NCBI GenBank assembly: GCA_963767005.1
Contig: CAVYCN010000004.1
Location: 384,001-448,000 of the forward strand
DNA length: 64,000 bases
Reading direction: 5' to 3'
Source: an uncultured Actinomycetes bacterium
GTDB lineage: Bacteria > Actinomycetota > Thermoleophilia > UBA2241
Position 1 is the first letter of the stretch, and the number at the start of each line of letters is the position of its first letter. The notes beneath the pieces are model-generated. The model did no database searches, was not told the DNA's origin, and saw only the letters and a program-made list of their open reading frames with translations. Shown one piece after another: positions 9,209-19,476 of the stretch. The position numbers and the translations under genes were made by a program.

Positions 9209-9412
9209 TCAGACCGGCGGGGCCGACCCCGGCTCGCCCGGCGCGCTCGCCTGGAGGGGCGCGACGGTGTCGGTCGGCGTCGGCAGGGTCGGCTCGTCGG
9301 CGGGGTCCGCCAGGAGCTCGACGAGCACGGCGGCCGCGACGGTGAAGCCGATTGCGAAGGCGATCACCATGAGGTACATCATGGGGTCGAGGTGCGAGAG
9401 CAGATGCACCAT
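9209..9412 (-). CDS. Small single-pass membrane protein
   Basis: RBS AGGAGGGA, one TM segment, Pro-rich tail. Confidence 0.6.
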   Translation of the reverse strand: MVHLLSHLDPMMYLMVIAFAIGFTVAAAVLVELLADPADEPTLPTPTDTVAPLQASAPGEPGSAPPV

Positions 9413-9492
9413 CGTCGGTCCCTCCTGACGGCGTTTGCCGGTGTCATACTTCGCGGCACGGCCCAGTCGTGACAGACGAAGGGGGAGCGCCC

Positions 9493-11154
9493 GTGAGCAG
9501 GATACCCGCAGCGCGTGCCGTTGTCGCCGTCGTGCTCACGCTGGGTGTCCTGGCCCTGCCGGCCGTGCTCGCGCCCGGCGCCGCGGCCCACGCGCTGCTC
9601 GTACGGGCCCAGCCGGCCGCGAACGGCACGGTCGCCAGCTCACCCCGACTCATCGTGCTCACGTTCAGCGAGCCGGTCGACGCGTCGCTGTCGGCGGCGC
9701 GCATCGTCGACTCCCGGGGTCGCCCCGCGCCCGGCGTGGCGGCCGCCCGCGCCGTCGCCGGCGACCCGTACCAGCTTCGGCTGGCGCTCACGGCCACGCT
9801 GCCACGCGGCGTCTACACGGTCGACTGGCGCACCGTCTCGGCGCTCGACGGCCACGTCGCCGCGGGCGCGTACGCCTTCGGCGTGGGCGTCGCGAACGTC
9901 GGCACGGTCGCGCCCTTTGGCCGGTACGCCAGCACCGCGGCCTGGCTCACGGTGGTCTCGGCGGCGGGGCGCTTCGCGCTGTACGCCGGCCTCGCCGTGC
10001 TGCTCGGCGCCGTCGCCGTCTGTCTTGCGGCCTTCCACGGCCGGCTGCCGGCCGGCGGCGGCCCGCTGCTGTGGGGCGGCTGGCTGCTCGCCGCGGCGGG
10101 CGTCGCGACGGTCACCCTGAGCGAGCGCGCCATCGTGCGCGCGCCGTCGCTGCTGCCGTTCTTTGAGACGCAGGAGGGCGCCATCCTGCTGCTCCTCGGC
10201 CTGACGGCCGCCGTGATCTGCGGCATCGCCCAGGCCGCCTTCGGCATGCTCCCGCGTCCGGCCACGCTGATCGCGCTGGGCGCCGCGGCCGGCCTCACCG
10301 CGCTCGTCGCGGTGTGGGGCAGCCACGCCGACGCGCGGTCGGCCTGGCGGGTCGCCAACCTGGCCGACCAGTGGGTGCACATCGTCGCCGTGGGCGCCTG
10401 GGTCGGCGGCCTGCCCTGGCTGCTGCTCGGCCTGCGCGGCCTCGACGGCCCTGCCCGTGTGACCGCCGTGCGCCGCTTCTCGGCCCTCGCCAGCATCGCC
10501 CTGGCGGTGGTGCTGCTCACCGGGATCGCGCGCGCCGTGCCCGAGGTCGGCGCCCCCGCCGCCCTGGTGCGCACGAGCTTCGGCGTGACGCTGCTCGTCA
10601 AGGTGGCGCTCGTCGCCGGCCTCGTCGCCCTCGGTGCGTTCAACCACTTCCGCAGCGTGCCGGGCCTGAGCCGCGACGCCGAGGCGGTGGGCCCCCTGCG
10701 GCGCGCCCTGCACGGCGAGATCGGCGTGAGCCTGGCCGTGCTCGCGGTGACAGGCATGCTCGGCGGGCTCGCGCCGGCCGCCGTCGCCGCCTCGGCGACG
10801 AAGGCCGGCGCGTCCACTCGCGTGGTGCTGGCCGGCACCGACAGCGCCTCGACGGTGCGCGTCCAGCTGACGATCACGCCCGGCACGGTGGGCCGCAACG
10901 AGTTCGTCGCCCACCTCGCCGACCTCACGCTCGGCGGCGCGCTCGCCGGCGTCGACAGCATCGAGCTCGACTTCACGCTGCCGTCGCAGCCGGCCGTCGC
11001 GCCGATCACCGTGGCGCTCGCGCGAGCGTCCGACGGCACCTGGCGGGGGAGCGCCCGGGCGCCAACGGTCGCCGGCCGCTGGAGCATCGCGGTCGTCGTC
11101 GAGCGGGTGCAGGCGGTCGTCGTGCCGCTCACGTTGCAAGCCCGCGTGCAGTAG
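9493..11154 (+). CDS. CopC/CopD fused copper uptake/resistance protein (YcnJ-like)
   Basis: Signal then HALLVRAQP, LTFSEPV, YTVDWRTVSALDGH (CopC); HIVAVGAWVGG and LLVKVAL (CopD); C-terminal Ig-like domain. Confidence 0.9.
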   Translation: MSRIPAARAVVAVVLTLGVLALPAVLAPGAAAHALLVRAQPAANGTVASSPRLIVLTFSEPVDASLSAARIVDSRGRPAPGVAAARAVAGDPYQLRLALTATLPRGVYTVDWRTVSALDGHVAAGAYAFGVGVANVGTVAPFGRYASTAAWLTVVSAAGRFALYAGLAVLLGAVAVCLAAFHGRLPAGGGPLLWGGWLLAAAGVATVTLSERAIVRAPSLLPFFETQEGAILLLLGLTAAVICGIAQAAFGMLPRPATLIALGAAAGLTALVAVWGSHADARSAWRVANLADQWVHIVAVGAWVGGLPWLLLGLRGLDGPARVTAVRRFSALASIALAVVLLTGIARAVPEVGAPAALVRTSFGVTLLVKVALVAGLVALGAFNHFRSVPGLSRDAEAVGPLRRALHGEIGVSLAVLAVTGMLGGLAPAAVAASATKAGASTRVVLAGTDSASTVRVQLTITPGTVGRNEFVAHLADLTLGGALAGVDSIELDFTLPSQPAVAPITVALARASDGTWRGSARAPTVAGRWSIAVVVERVQAVVVPLTLQARVQ

Positions 11155-11249
11155 CGGCGTCGACAGTGGGAGGCAGGATCGCGAGCGAGCCGCCGCGGCC
11201 GGCCCGCGGAGTCGCTCGCGGCGGCTCGGCGTCGCGGCCGATCAGCTCG

Positions 11250-13454
11250 TCAGTCGGCCGCGCCGTGCAGGCGCGCCAGCTGCAGGGCGCGCAGCTCGTC
11301 CGGTTCGATGTGACAGAGGTAGTGGTGACCCTCGCTGACCTCGCGCCAGGGCGGCGACACGTTCACGCAGACGTCGCCGAGGAACCGATGGCAGCGGGTG
11401 TGGAACCGGCAGCCGCTCGGCGGCTCGCTCAGGCTGGGCACCGGCCCGCGCAGCTCGATGCGCCGCGAGTGGTGCTCGAAGTCGAGCGTCGGGATGGCCG
11501 ATTCGAGCGCTTCGGTGTAGGGGTGGTGCGGCGCCGTGAAGACCTCGTCGGCGCCGCCGAGCTCCATCAACTTGGCGAGGTACATGACGGCGATGCGGTC
11601 GGACAGGTAGCGCACCACCGCGAGGTCGTGCGAGATGAAGATGTACGACACGCCCTCGGTGGTCTGCAGCTCGGCGAGCAGGTTGAGGATGCTGGCCTGC
11701 ACCGACACGTCGAGCGCCGACGCCGGCTCGTCGCAGACGACGAGCGCCGGCTGCCCGGCGAAGGCGCGGGCGATGGCGATGCGCTGCTTCTGGCCGCCCG
11801 ACAGCTCGCCGGGGCGCGCCTCGAGGTGCTGCTCTTCGACCCGCACCCGCTGTGCGAGCTCGCCGACGCGGCGGTGGGCGGCGTCGCCCTGGAGGCCGCC
11901 GAGCCGCTTGACGGCCCTCGTCAGGATGCTGCTTGCGCTCTTCGCCGGGTTCAGCGTGGCGTCGGGGTTCTGGAAGACCATCTGGATGGCCCGCAGCGTG
12001 TCGGCGCCACGCTTCGAGACCGAGTCGGGCAGCGCGGCGCCGGCGAACCGCATCGTGCCAGCATTGGCCTGGTAGAGTCCGGTCACGCAGTTGGCGAGCG
12101 TCGTCTTGCCGCTGCCCGACTCGCCGACCAGGCCGAGGATCTCGCCGGCGCCGACCTCGATCGAGACGTCGTCGACCGCGATCACGCGCTTGCTGCCGTC
12201 CTTGAAGACCTTGACGACGTGCTCGACGGCGAGCGCGGCCTCGCGCACGATCTCGCGCACCGCGGCGACCTCGGCCGCTTCTGCGACGGGCGACTCGAGC
12301 ACGCCGCCTCCGCCGACCACGGGCTCGGCCGCGCCGACTTCGGTGACCGGGCGCTCCGCCGCCCGCCGCATGGCCGGCACGCGCTCAGAGAAGTAGCAGC
12401 GCGCGCGGCGTGGCGCGGCGGTCGCTCCCTCGAGGGTGTCGAGATCGACGACCGCCGGGTCGGGCGTCGGTCCCGGCCAGGGGAACAGGTCGGGCTCGCG
12501 CCCGCGGCATTCGGGCCGCACGAGCTCGCAACGCGGGGCGAACACGCAGCCGGCAAGGTCGGCGCCGAGGCGCGGCAGAAAGCCGGGGATCGGCACGAGC
12601 GTGGAGCTGTCCTTGCGCGCCCCGAAGCGCGGGACGCAGCGTAGCAAGCCCATCGTGTAAGGGTGGCGCGGATCGGTGAACAGGTCGCGGGCCGGTCCCT
12701 GCTCGACGATCCTGCCCGCGTACATGACCCCGACGCGCTCACACATGCGGGCCACCATGCCCAAGTTGTGGCTGATCAGCAGGATGGCGGCGTCGATGCG
12801 GGTGCGCAGATCGTCGATCAGGTCGAGTACCTCGGCCTCGACTGTGGCGTCGAGGCCGGTCGTGGGCTCGTCGAGCACGAGCAGCCGGGGATCGCCCGAC
12901 AGGGCCATGGCGATCACCACGCGCTGCTGCTGGCCGCCGGAGAGCTGGAACGGGTAGCGCCGCAGGGCGCCGGCGGGATCGGGCATGGCGACGCGCTCGA
13001 GTGAGGCGCGGGCGCTCTCGAGCGCGTCCTTCTTGGCGATGCCGGTGTGGGCGCGGATGACCTCGGTCATCTGGTCGCCGACACGGATCGAGGGGTTGAG
13101 GGCGGTCGCCGGGTCCTGGTAGACCATGCCGAGCTTGGTGCCGCGCACCTCTCGCAGGCGGTCCTCGGACATGGCGAGCATGTTCTCGCCGTCGAAGGTG
13201 ATGGAACCGGAATCGACGCGGCCGTTGCCGGCCAGGTAGCGCATGAGCGCGAGCGCCATCGTCGTCTTGCCGCAGCCCGACTCGCCGACCAGGCCGTAGG
13301 TCTGGGCCGCCCCGATCTGCAGCGAGACGTGCTTGACGACCGGCAGGTCGCGGTCGCGCCGCACGAAGGTCACCGACAGGTCGTCGATGCGCAGCACGGG
13401 GTCGGGCGCGGCGCTTGCGACACCCGGTGAGAGAGTGTCTGAGAACGCGCTCAC
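11250..13454 (-). CDS. Opp/Dpp ABC transporter double ATPase (DppD-DppF fusion)
   Basis: Two Walker A motifs ([16 protein letters not shown]), two LSGGQ signatures, Cys-rich GCxFxxRC tails. Confidence 0.95.
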   Translation of the reverse strand: MSAFSDTLSPGVASAAPDPVLRIDDLSVTFVRRDRDLPVVKHVSLQIGAAQTYGLVGESGCGKTTMALALMRYLAGNGRVDSGSITFDGENMLAMSEDRLREVRGTKLGMVYQDPATALNPSIRVGDQMTEVIRAHTGIAKKDALESARASLERVAMPDPAGALRRYPFQLSGGQQQRVVIAMALSGDPRLLVLDEPTTGLDATVEAEVLDLIDDLRTRIDAAILLISHNLGMVARMCERVGVMYAGRIVEQGPARDLFTDPRHPYTMGLLRCVPRFGARKDSSTLVPIPGFLPRLGADLAGCVFAPRCELVRPECRGREPDLFPWPGPTPDPAVVDLDTLEGATAAPRRARCYFSERVPAMRRAAERPVTEVGAAEPVVGGGGVLESPVAEAAEVAAVREIVREAALAVEHVVKVFKDGSKRVIAVDDVSIEVGAGEILGLVGESGSGKTTLANCVTGLYQANAGTMRFAGAALPDSVSKRGADTLRAIQMVFQNPDATLNPAKSASSILTRAVKRLGGLQGDAAHRRVGELAQRVRVEEQHLEARPGELSGGQKQRIAIARAFAGQPALVVCDEPASALDVSVQASILNLLAELQTTEGVSYIFISHDLAVVRYLSDRIAVMYLAKLMELGGADEVFTAPHHPYTEALESAIPTLDFEHHSRRIELRGPVPSLSEPPSGCRFHTRCHRFLGDVCVNVSPPWREVSEGHHYLCHIEPDELRALQLARLHGAAD

Positions 13455-13458
13455 GCCG

Positions 13459-14370
13459 TCAATCCGCGAGCGCCTTGCGCACGCCGTCGGCGATCAGGTT
13501 GGCGCCGACCACAAGGGAGGCCAGGGCCAGGGCCGGGAACAGCACGGTCCACCAGGCCGTCTGCAGGTACTGGTAGTCGTTCGAGATGGTGAGGCCCCAG
13601 TCGGGCGAGGGGGGCTGCACGCCGAAGCCCAGGAAGGCGAGGCCCGCCGCGGTGAAGACGGCGTAGCCGAGCCGCACGGTGCCCTCGACGATGACCGGCG
13701 GCAGGATGTTCGGCAGGATCTCCGAGGTCAGGATGTAGAAGGACGGTTCGCCCCGCAGCTTGGCCGCCTGTACGTACTCCTTCTGACTCTCCGACACGGC
13801 GGCGGCGCGGATCGTGCGGGCCACCGGCGCCGAGAAGAGCATACCGATCACGAGGATGATCACCGGGATGGAGCGCCCCAGCGCGGCGACGGCGACGATC
13901 GCCGCGACGATCACCGGCAGCGCCAGCACCACGTCGACGAGCCGCATGATGATCTCGTCGCGCGTGCCGGCCAGGAAGCCCGAGAGCAGGCCCACGCCGC
14001 CGCCCACCAGCAGACAGAGCACGGTGGCGAGGGGGGCGATGATGAGCACGGTGCGCGCGCCCGCCAGCGTGCGCGACAGCACATCGCGTCCCGCTTCGTC
14101 CGTCCCGAACCAGTGGGCCGCGCTCGGGTGCGCGAAGGAATGCAGCGGGTCGATCGTGTAGGGGCCGTACTTGGTGACGTGGACCGAGAACAGCGCCATG
14201 AAGACCCAGAACAGCAGGATGGCGAGCCCGACCAGGAACGTCGGGCTGCGGCGCAGCGAGCGCAGCACGTACCGCCGGCGCAGCGCCTGCTCCGACTCTT
14301 CCGGCGGCGACGGCGTGGCCGTCGCGGGGACGAGCGGGTCGATCTCTCCCGGCGACTGCAGCACGCTCAA
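13459..14370 (-). CDS. Opp/Dpp ABC permease (DppC-like)
   Basis: HWFGTDEAGRDVLSR, EYVQAAKLRG, QPPSPDWG; start uncertain (TTG 14370 or GTG 14364). Confidence 0.92.
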   Translation of the reverse strand: MSVLQSPGEIDPLVPATATPSPPEESEQALRRRYVLRSLRRSPTFLVGLAILLFWVFMALFSVHVTKYGPYTIDPLHSFAHPSAAHWFGTDEAGRDVLSRTLAGARTVLIIAPLATVLCLLVGGGVGLLSGFLAGTRDEIIMRLVDVVLALPVIVAAIVAVAALGRSIPVIILVIGMLFSAPVARTIRAAAVSESQKEYVQAAKLRGEPSFYILTSEILPNILPPVIVEGTVRLGYAVFTAAGLAFLGFGVQPPSPDWGLTISNDYQYLQTAWWTVLFPALALASLVVGANLIADGVRKALAD

Positions 14371-14408
14371 CGCGCGCCCCTCCCCCCGGTCGCCGCGACG
14401 CGCACCGC

Positions 14409-15356
14409 CTACCTCCCGTACCTGACGCGCGGGTTGAGCAGGGCGACGATGACGTCGGCGCCCAGGTTGGAGAGCATGTAGATGACGGCGACGACCAGCA
14501 CGGTCGCCTCGAGCGTAGGGAAGTCCTTGTAGGTCGCCGAGTTGTAGATGAGGAAGCCGATACCCGGGTACACGAAGAGTCTTTCGACGATGACCAGACC
14601 GCCGACCAGCCAGCCGATCTGGGTGCCGATCACGGCGACGGTCGGCGCCATGGCGTTGCGCAGCGCGTGCCCGAACACGACGCGCCGCCGGGGCAGGCCG
14701 TTCAGCGTGGCGGTGCGGATGTAGGGCATGCTGAGGGCCTCGATCATGCCGGCCCGCGCCATGCGGGCGATGTAGCCCATCTCGATGAACATGAGCGGGA
14801 TGGCCGGCAGGAGCAGGTAGTAGATGCGAGTGAGCGGGCCGGCGCCGGGGGGCGGGGTCGCCGGATAGTGAAAGACTTTGAGGAACACGACGAACAGGAC
14901 GGCCAGCACGACGCCGCTCACGAACTCGGGGATGACGGTGAGCGACAGGCTGGTCACCGTGATGACCCGGTCGGCGATGCCGTCGCGGTGCAGGGCCGCC
15001 GTCACCCCCAGCACGATCGCCAGGGGGATGATGATGACGAGCGCCACCAATGCGAGCTGGATCGAGGCCCAGAGGCGCTGCATGGTGAGCGAGAAGATCG
15101 GCACGCCCTGGTTCCACGACGTGCCCCAGTGCAGCACGACGAAGCCGCCGAGCCAGTCCACGTAGCGCACCAGCAGGGGCCGGTCGACGCCGAGCTGGTG
15201 GTCGACCTGGGCGACCTGTGAAGCCGAGGCGTAGGGACCGAGCTTGACGCGGCCGGGATCGCCGGGCACGACCTGCAGCATGAGAAAGACGACCAGCGAC
15301 AGCAGGAGCAGCGACGGTATGAAGAGGAGGAGGCGGCGGACGATCAGCCGGCCCAC
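14409..15356 (-). CDS. Opp/Dpp ABC permease (DppB-like)
   Basis: VPGDP, YIRTATLNGL, HALRNA, LNPRVR. Confidence 0.93.
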   Translation of the reverse strand: MGRLIVRRLLLFIPSLLLLSLVVFLMLQVVPGDPGRVKLGPYASASQVAQVDHQLGVDRPLLVRYVDWLGGFVVLHWGTSWNQGVPIFSLTMQRLWASIQLALVALVIIIPLAIVLGVTAALHRDGIADRVITVTSLSLTVIPEFVSGVVLAVLFVVFLKVFHYPATPPPGAGPLTRIYYLLLPAIPLMFIEMGYIARMARAGMIEALSMPYIRTATLNGLPRRRVVFGHALRNAMAPTVAVIGTQIGWLVGGLVIVERLFVYPGIGFLIYNSATYKDFPTLEATVLVVAVIYMLSNLGADVIVALLNPRVRYGR

Positions 15357-15414
15357 ACCGCCTCCTCCGCTGTCAGATCACGCGATCGTTCGATGACGCT
15401 CTGCCGCGAGTCGT

Positions 15415-17064
15415 CTACGACAGGTAGGTCGTGGTCAGGTCGAGGAACTCGGCCGGGTCGGAGGTGAGACCGTTCACGTTCTTCTTCATGGCCCGGTTGA
15501 CGTTGATCCAGTACGAGATGATCGAGGGCGTCTCGTCGGTCAGGATGCCGGCGGCTGTGGCGGCGTACTGGCGCCGCTTGGCCTCGTCGAGCGTGGTGTC
15601 GTAGCCCTTGGCGGCCGCGTCGAAGGCGGCGTCCCTGAAGTGCGACGAGTTCCACACGCCGTTCGACGTGAAGGCCGGCAGGAAGTACTGCGAGGGCACG
15701 CCGCGGAAGGTCCAGTCGGTGATGCCCATCGGCACCTGCAGCCAGGGCTGGTTCTTGCCCGAGCCGTAGTAGTAGGTGACCGTCACCTGGTTCAGCTTCA
15801 GGTCGATGCCGGCCTGCTTGGCCATGGCCTGCAGCAGGGTGGCGTACTGCGGCACCTCCTCGAACTCCTCGACCGTGAGGTTCATGGTGATGCCGCTCGA
15901 GTAGCCCGCCGAAGCCAGCAGCGACTTGGCCTTGGCGATGTCCTGGGCGCGCTGCGGGATGGTCTTCGGCGCGAGCGGATAGAGCGGGCAGAAGACGTTG
16001 TCGTTGCCGACCTGGGCCTTGCCGTTGAACAGGTTGGCGACCAGGGCGGGACGGTCGATCGTGTAGGCGAGCGCCTGGCGCACGGCCTTATTGGTGAAGG
16101 GCGCCGTGTCGACCCGCATGTGCAGGAATCGGCTCTGCGTCGAGGGTGTCGTCAGGACCTTGAGGTTCGTATCGGTGAAGAGTGCCTGGGCGCCCTGGAC
16201 CGGCGTGGTCAGCATCACGTCGCTGCTGCCCGACTGCAGGGCCAGCGCCTCGGCCTGCGTCTCGTCGATGAACTGCACGCTGACGCCGTCGAGATAGGGC
16301 TTGCCCGTCTGCCAGTAAGTCGGGTTCTTGACGAACGTGGCGCCCTGCTTGGGTGTGAACTTGGTCATCTTGAAGGGCCCGGTGCCGACCGGGTCGCTCT
16401 GCCAGGTGCCGGCCTTGAAGGTCGTCGGCAGGATCAGGCAGTCGTAGTTGGTCGAAGCCACGAAGTAGGGGAAGTCGGCGAAGGGTGAGTCGAGGTGGAA
16501 GGCGACCGTGCTGTCGTCGACCTTCTGCACGCCGCCCTGTGAGAGGATGCCCTGGAACGAGGCGAGCGCCGCCGAGACCGTCTTGGGGTTGAGCAGGATG
16601 TTCATGGTAAAGACGACGTCGTCGGCGCCGAAGGGCTTGCCGTCCTGGAACTTGACGCCCTGCTGCAGGTTGAAGGTCCAGACAGTGGCATCAGAGTTGG
16701 GCGACCAGCTCTTGGCGAGCACCGGGCGCAGGCTCAGGTCGTTGTTGACCCAGATGAGGTACTCGGCCACCTGCTGGGCGATGGCGATCGAGCCGGTGTC
16801 GTACATGGTGGTCGGGTCGACCGTGACGGTCGGCGAGGGCATAGTGACCTTGAGTGTGCCGCCCGCCTTGGGTGCGCTCGACGGTGAGGTCGAGCTCGAC
16901 GGCGACGAGCCGCCGCAGGCGATCAGGACCTGGCCCAGCAGAGTGGCCGACAGGCCTACTACACTGGCGCGCACCAGCAGCTGACGCCGCGTCATGCGGC
17001 CCCCCAGGACCTCATGCAGAAGGTGGTCGGCGTACTCGCGCTGGAACGGAGTGTCGCTCGTCAT
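15415..17064 (-). CDS. ABC substrate-binding protein family 5, Tat lipoprotein
   Basis: TRRQLL twin-arginine motif plus LIAC lipobox; GVKFQDG, PVGTGPF, VRQALAYTIDR. Confidence 0.93.
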   Translation of the reverse strand: MTSDTPFQREYADHLLHEVLGGRMTRRQLLVRASVVGLSATLLGQVLIACGGSSPSSSTSPSSAPKAGGTLKVTMPSPTVTVDPTTMYDTGSIAIAQQVAEYLIWVNNDLSLRPVLAKSWSPNSDATVWTFNLQQGVKFQDGKPFGADDVVFTMNILLNPKTVSAALASFQGILSQGGVQKVDDSTVAFHLDSPFADFPYFVASTNYDCLILPTTFKAGTWQSDPVGTGPFKMTKFTPKQGATFVKNPTYWQTGKPYLDGVSVQFIDETQAEALALQSGSSDVMLTTPVQGAQALFTDTNLKVLTTPSTQSRFLHMRVDTAPFTNKAVRQALAYTIDRPALVANLFNGKAQVGNDNVFCPLYPLAPKTIPQRAQDIAKAKSLLASAGYSSGITMNLTVEEFEEVPQYATLLQAMAKQAGIDLKLNQVTVTYYYGSGKNQPWLQVPMGITDWTFRGVPSQYFLPAFTSNGVWNSSHFRDAAFDAAAKGYDTTLDEAKRRQYAATAAGILTDETPSIISYWINVNRAMKKNVNGLTSDPAEFLDLTTTYLS

Positions 17065-17233
17065 GGCATCCCCCCAGGGTGAGGCTCGGAAGTCCGGCCC
17101 ATTGTAGGTGCGCGATCAGAGTACATACAAGTCGGGACGAGGTCACCGTGTAATGTATGCGACACTATCTGCAACGTACGGGCCGACCCGCCATGGGGCG
17201 GAGCGGCGCAGCGGCCATCAAGCGAGGGAAGCG

Positions 17234-17752
17234 ATGCTGGACCAGCGTATGCAGGAAGCCCTGAACAGGCAGATCAACGCCGAGCTCTACTCGGCCTACC
17301 TGTATCTGTCGATGTCCGCCCAGTTCGCCGAGCTCGGCATGGCCGGCGGTCAGAACTGGATGCACGTGCAGTTCCAGGAGGAGCTCTTTCACGTCCAGAA
17401 GTTCTTCGACTACGTCGTGGAGCGCGGTGGCCGGGTGCTGCTCGCCACCATCGACCAGCCCGACCAGCAGTGGCCCTCGGCCCTGGCCATCTTCGAGCAC
17501 GCACTCGCCCACGAGCAGATGGTCACCGGCCTGATCAACGGCCTCGCCGACCTCGCCCTGGAGCTGCGCGACCACGCCACACTCCAGGAGCTGCAGTGGT
17601 TCATCGGCGAGCAGGTCGAAGAAGAGGCGACCGCCGACGACATGGTCAAGAAGCTGCGCCTCGTCGAGGGCGCTCCCGGCGGCCTCTACGAGATCGACAA
17701 GGAGCTCGCCGCGCGCATCTACACGCCACCGGCCGCGGCGTCGCAGGCGTAG
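17234..17752 (+). CDS. ftnA: Non-heme ferritin
   Basis: LNRQINAELYSAYLYLSM, EELFH, HEQMVT, LQWFIGEQVEEE ferroxidase motifs. Confidence 0.92.
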   Translation: MLDQRMQEALNRQINAELYSAYLYLSMSAQFAELGMAGGQNWMHVQFQEELFHVQKFFDYVVERGGRVLLATIDQPDQQWPSALAIFEHALAHEQMVTGLINGLADLALELRDHATLQELQWFIGEQVEEEATADDMVKKLRLVEGAPGGLYEIDKELAARIYTPPAAASQA

Positions 17753-17823
17753 CGCCGTTCTGGAGCAGCGGACGGGGGCGGGGCAGGACCGACTGCCCAA
17801 GCGTCGGCGAAAGGAGAGCGGCC

Positions 17824-18229
17824 GTGCCTACCCGAGGAGCCGCGGCGCCGTCCGCGGAGGGCGCCGCGCCGCGGCTGCACCTGGCACGCCAGGGCGAGAC
17901 GGCTGCGGCCCGCGACGGGCGGTTCTGTGGCGTCACCGAGTGCGAGCTGACCGCCGATGGGCTGCGCATGGCGGCGCTGCTCGCGGAGCGCTGCGCCGCG
18001 GCGGGGCGGAGAGACCGGCTATGAGGTGGCGGCCCGGGCGGCGCCGGTCGTCGACTCGCTCCGCTCGGCATTCCGCGACGGCGACGTGCTGGTCGTCAGT
18101 CACAAGGCGACGATCCGGGTGCTCGTCTGCGCGCTCCTGGGGATCGACGTCGACCGCTATCGGGCCCGCCTCGCCTGCCCGCCCGGCTCGGTCACCACGT
18201 TCGAGCTGCGCGGCGGCGATCCGGCGTAG
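17824..18229 (+). pseudogene. Histidine phosphatase (phosphoglycerate mutase family) pseudogene
   Basis: RLHLARQGET...ELTADG (RHG changed to RQG), frame change near 18010 into GETGYEV...VLVVSHKATIR; central region missing. Confidence 0.75.
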
Positions 18230-18237
18230 CTCGCGGC

Positions 18238-18681
18238 CTACGCCTCCTCGAGGGTCGCCGCGACGCTGAGCGCGACGTTGCCCTTCAGGGCGTGGGAGAT
18301 CGGGCAGCCGTCCTTGGCGGCGGTGGCGGCGAGCTCGAAGGCCGTCTGATCGAGGCCGGGGACGACGCCCCGCACCTCGAGGCGCGAGCTCTCCACGCCG
18401 GAGCCGGCGTCGCTTTGGGCGAAGGTCACGGTGGCGGTGACGGCGAGCCGCCCGGGAGGTGTGCCGGCCTCGGTCAGGCCGTGCGAGAGGGCCATCGCGA
18501 AGCAGGCCGCGTGGGCGCCGGCGAGCAGCTCCTCGGGGCTCGTCCGGCCCGCGGATCGGGCTGTGCGTGAGGCCCAGGTGACCGGCAGCTCGGGGGCGAC
18601 GCCGCTCGTCAGGCGCAGCCGGCCGGCTCCCTGCGTGAGCGTTCCATTCCAGGTCACCTCGGCGCGGCTCTCGGCTGACAT
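18238..18681 (-). CDS. osmC: OsmC family peroxiredoxin
   Basis: TSPEELLAGAHAACFAMALS and AKDGCPISHAL two-Cys motifs. Confidence 0.92.
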   Translation of the reverse strand: MSAESRAEVTWNGTLTQGAGRLRLTSGVAPELPVTWASRTARSAGRTSPEELLAGAHAACFAMALSHGLTEAGTPPGRLAVTATVTFAQSDAGSGVESSRLEVRGVVPGLDQTAFELAATAAKDGCPISHALKGNVALSVAATLEEA

Positions 18682-18742
18682 CGTGGCTCCTCTCCTCGGA
18701 TGGCGGACGTGCGGTGGCCCCTACGTACCCCGAAACTGCCCC

Positions 18743-19420
18743 CTACGTACCTCGCGGCCCCTGAGGAGCTCGAGACCTGCCGGTCGCCTGCGCATCGCCG
18801 GCCAGATGGCGGTTCCAGGCGGCGAGCACCTCGGGCGCGTAGCGCCCGAGACGCTCGCCGCTAACCGTGCTGTGCGGCGTGCGATCGGGCTGGAGATGGA
18901 CGACCTCAGCGCCCGCGTACACGACGAAGTCGGCGATCATCGAGCGGTGGCAGCGCCACCAGAGGGCTTCGCCGCACATGATCGCGAGATCGGTGCGGCG
19001 GCCGGCGAGCAGCAGCTCGCCGGCCGCCGCCAGAAAGGCCGGGGTCGCCATGTGCCACATGTAGTTCTCGAAGCTCTCGTTGTGCCAGCGCCGGGTCGGA
19101 GCCGTTGCCGGGAACAGGGTGAGCTCGTCGCCGGGCGGGGCGGCGGCGGAGGTCGTCGGGGCAGTCCCGGCGCCGTTCGTGGGGACCTCGGAGGGCGGCG
19201 CGGGGCGCCGCGGCGCCCCGCGCCGCCCTCCGAGGTCCTTCACCCAGCGGTAGCGCACGCCGGCCGCCGGCAGCCGGCGCTCGAGTTCGGCGCGCGCGAA
19301 CCAGGGCCAGTGCGACGAGGGGTACGAGCGGACGTCCCAGAGCTCCATCGCCGGGGCGCCCGCGAGCAGCGCGAGGAACTCGTCGGGCCCGAGCGAGGAG
19401 TGCCCGATGCTGTAGATCAC
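18743..19420 (-). CDS. DUF488 family protein
   Basis: IYSIGHS, DVRSYP, LGGRR, AIMCGEALWWRCHRSMIAD. Confidence 0.88.
   Translation of the reverse strand: MIYSIGHSSLGPDEFLALLAGAPAMELWDVRSYPSSHWPWFARAELERRLPAAGVRYRWVKDLGGRRGAPRRPAPPSEVPTNGAGTAPTTSAAAPPGDELTLFPATAPTRRWHNESFENYMWHMATPAFLAAAGELLLAGRRTDLAIMCGEALWWRCHRSMIADFVVYAGAEVVHLQPDRTPHSTVSGERLGRYAPEVLAAWNRHLAGDAQATGRSRAPQGPRGT
19183..19238. repeat. Perfect 56-bp palindrome inside the DUF488 CDS
   Basis: GGACCTCGGAGGGCGGCGCGGGGCGCCG followed directly by its exact reverse complement. Confidence 0.95.
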
Positions 19421-19476
19421 CTCGGCTCACCTTCCCTGAAGCACTGCACGTCGATCGGCCGAGAGGATAGAGTAGC

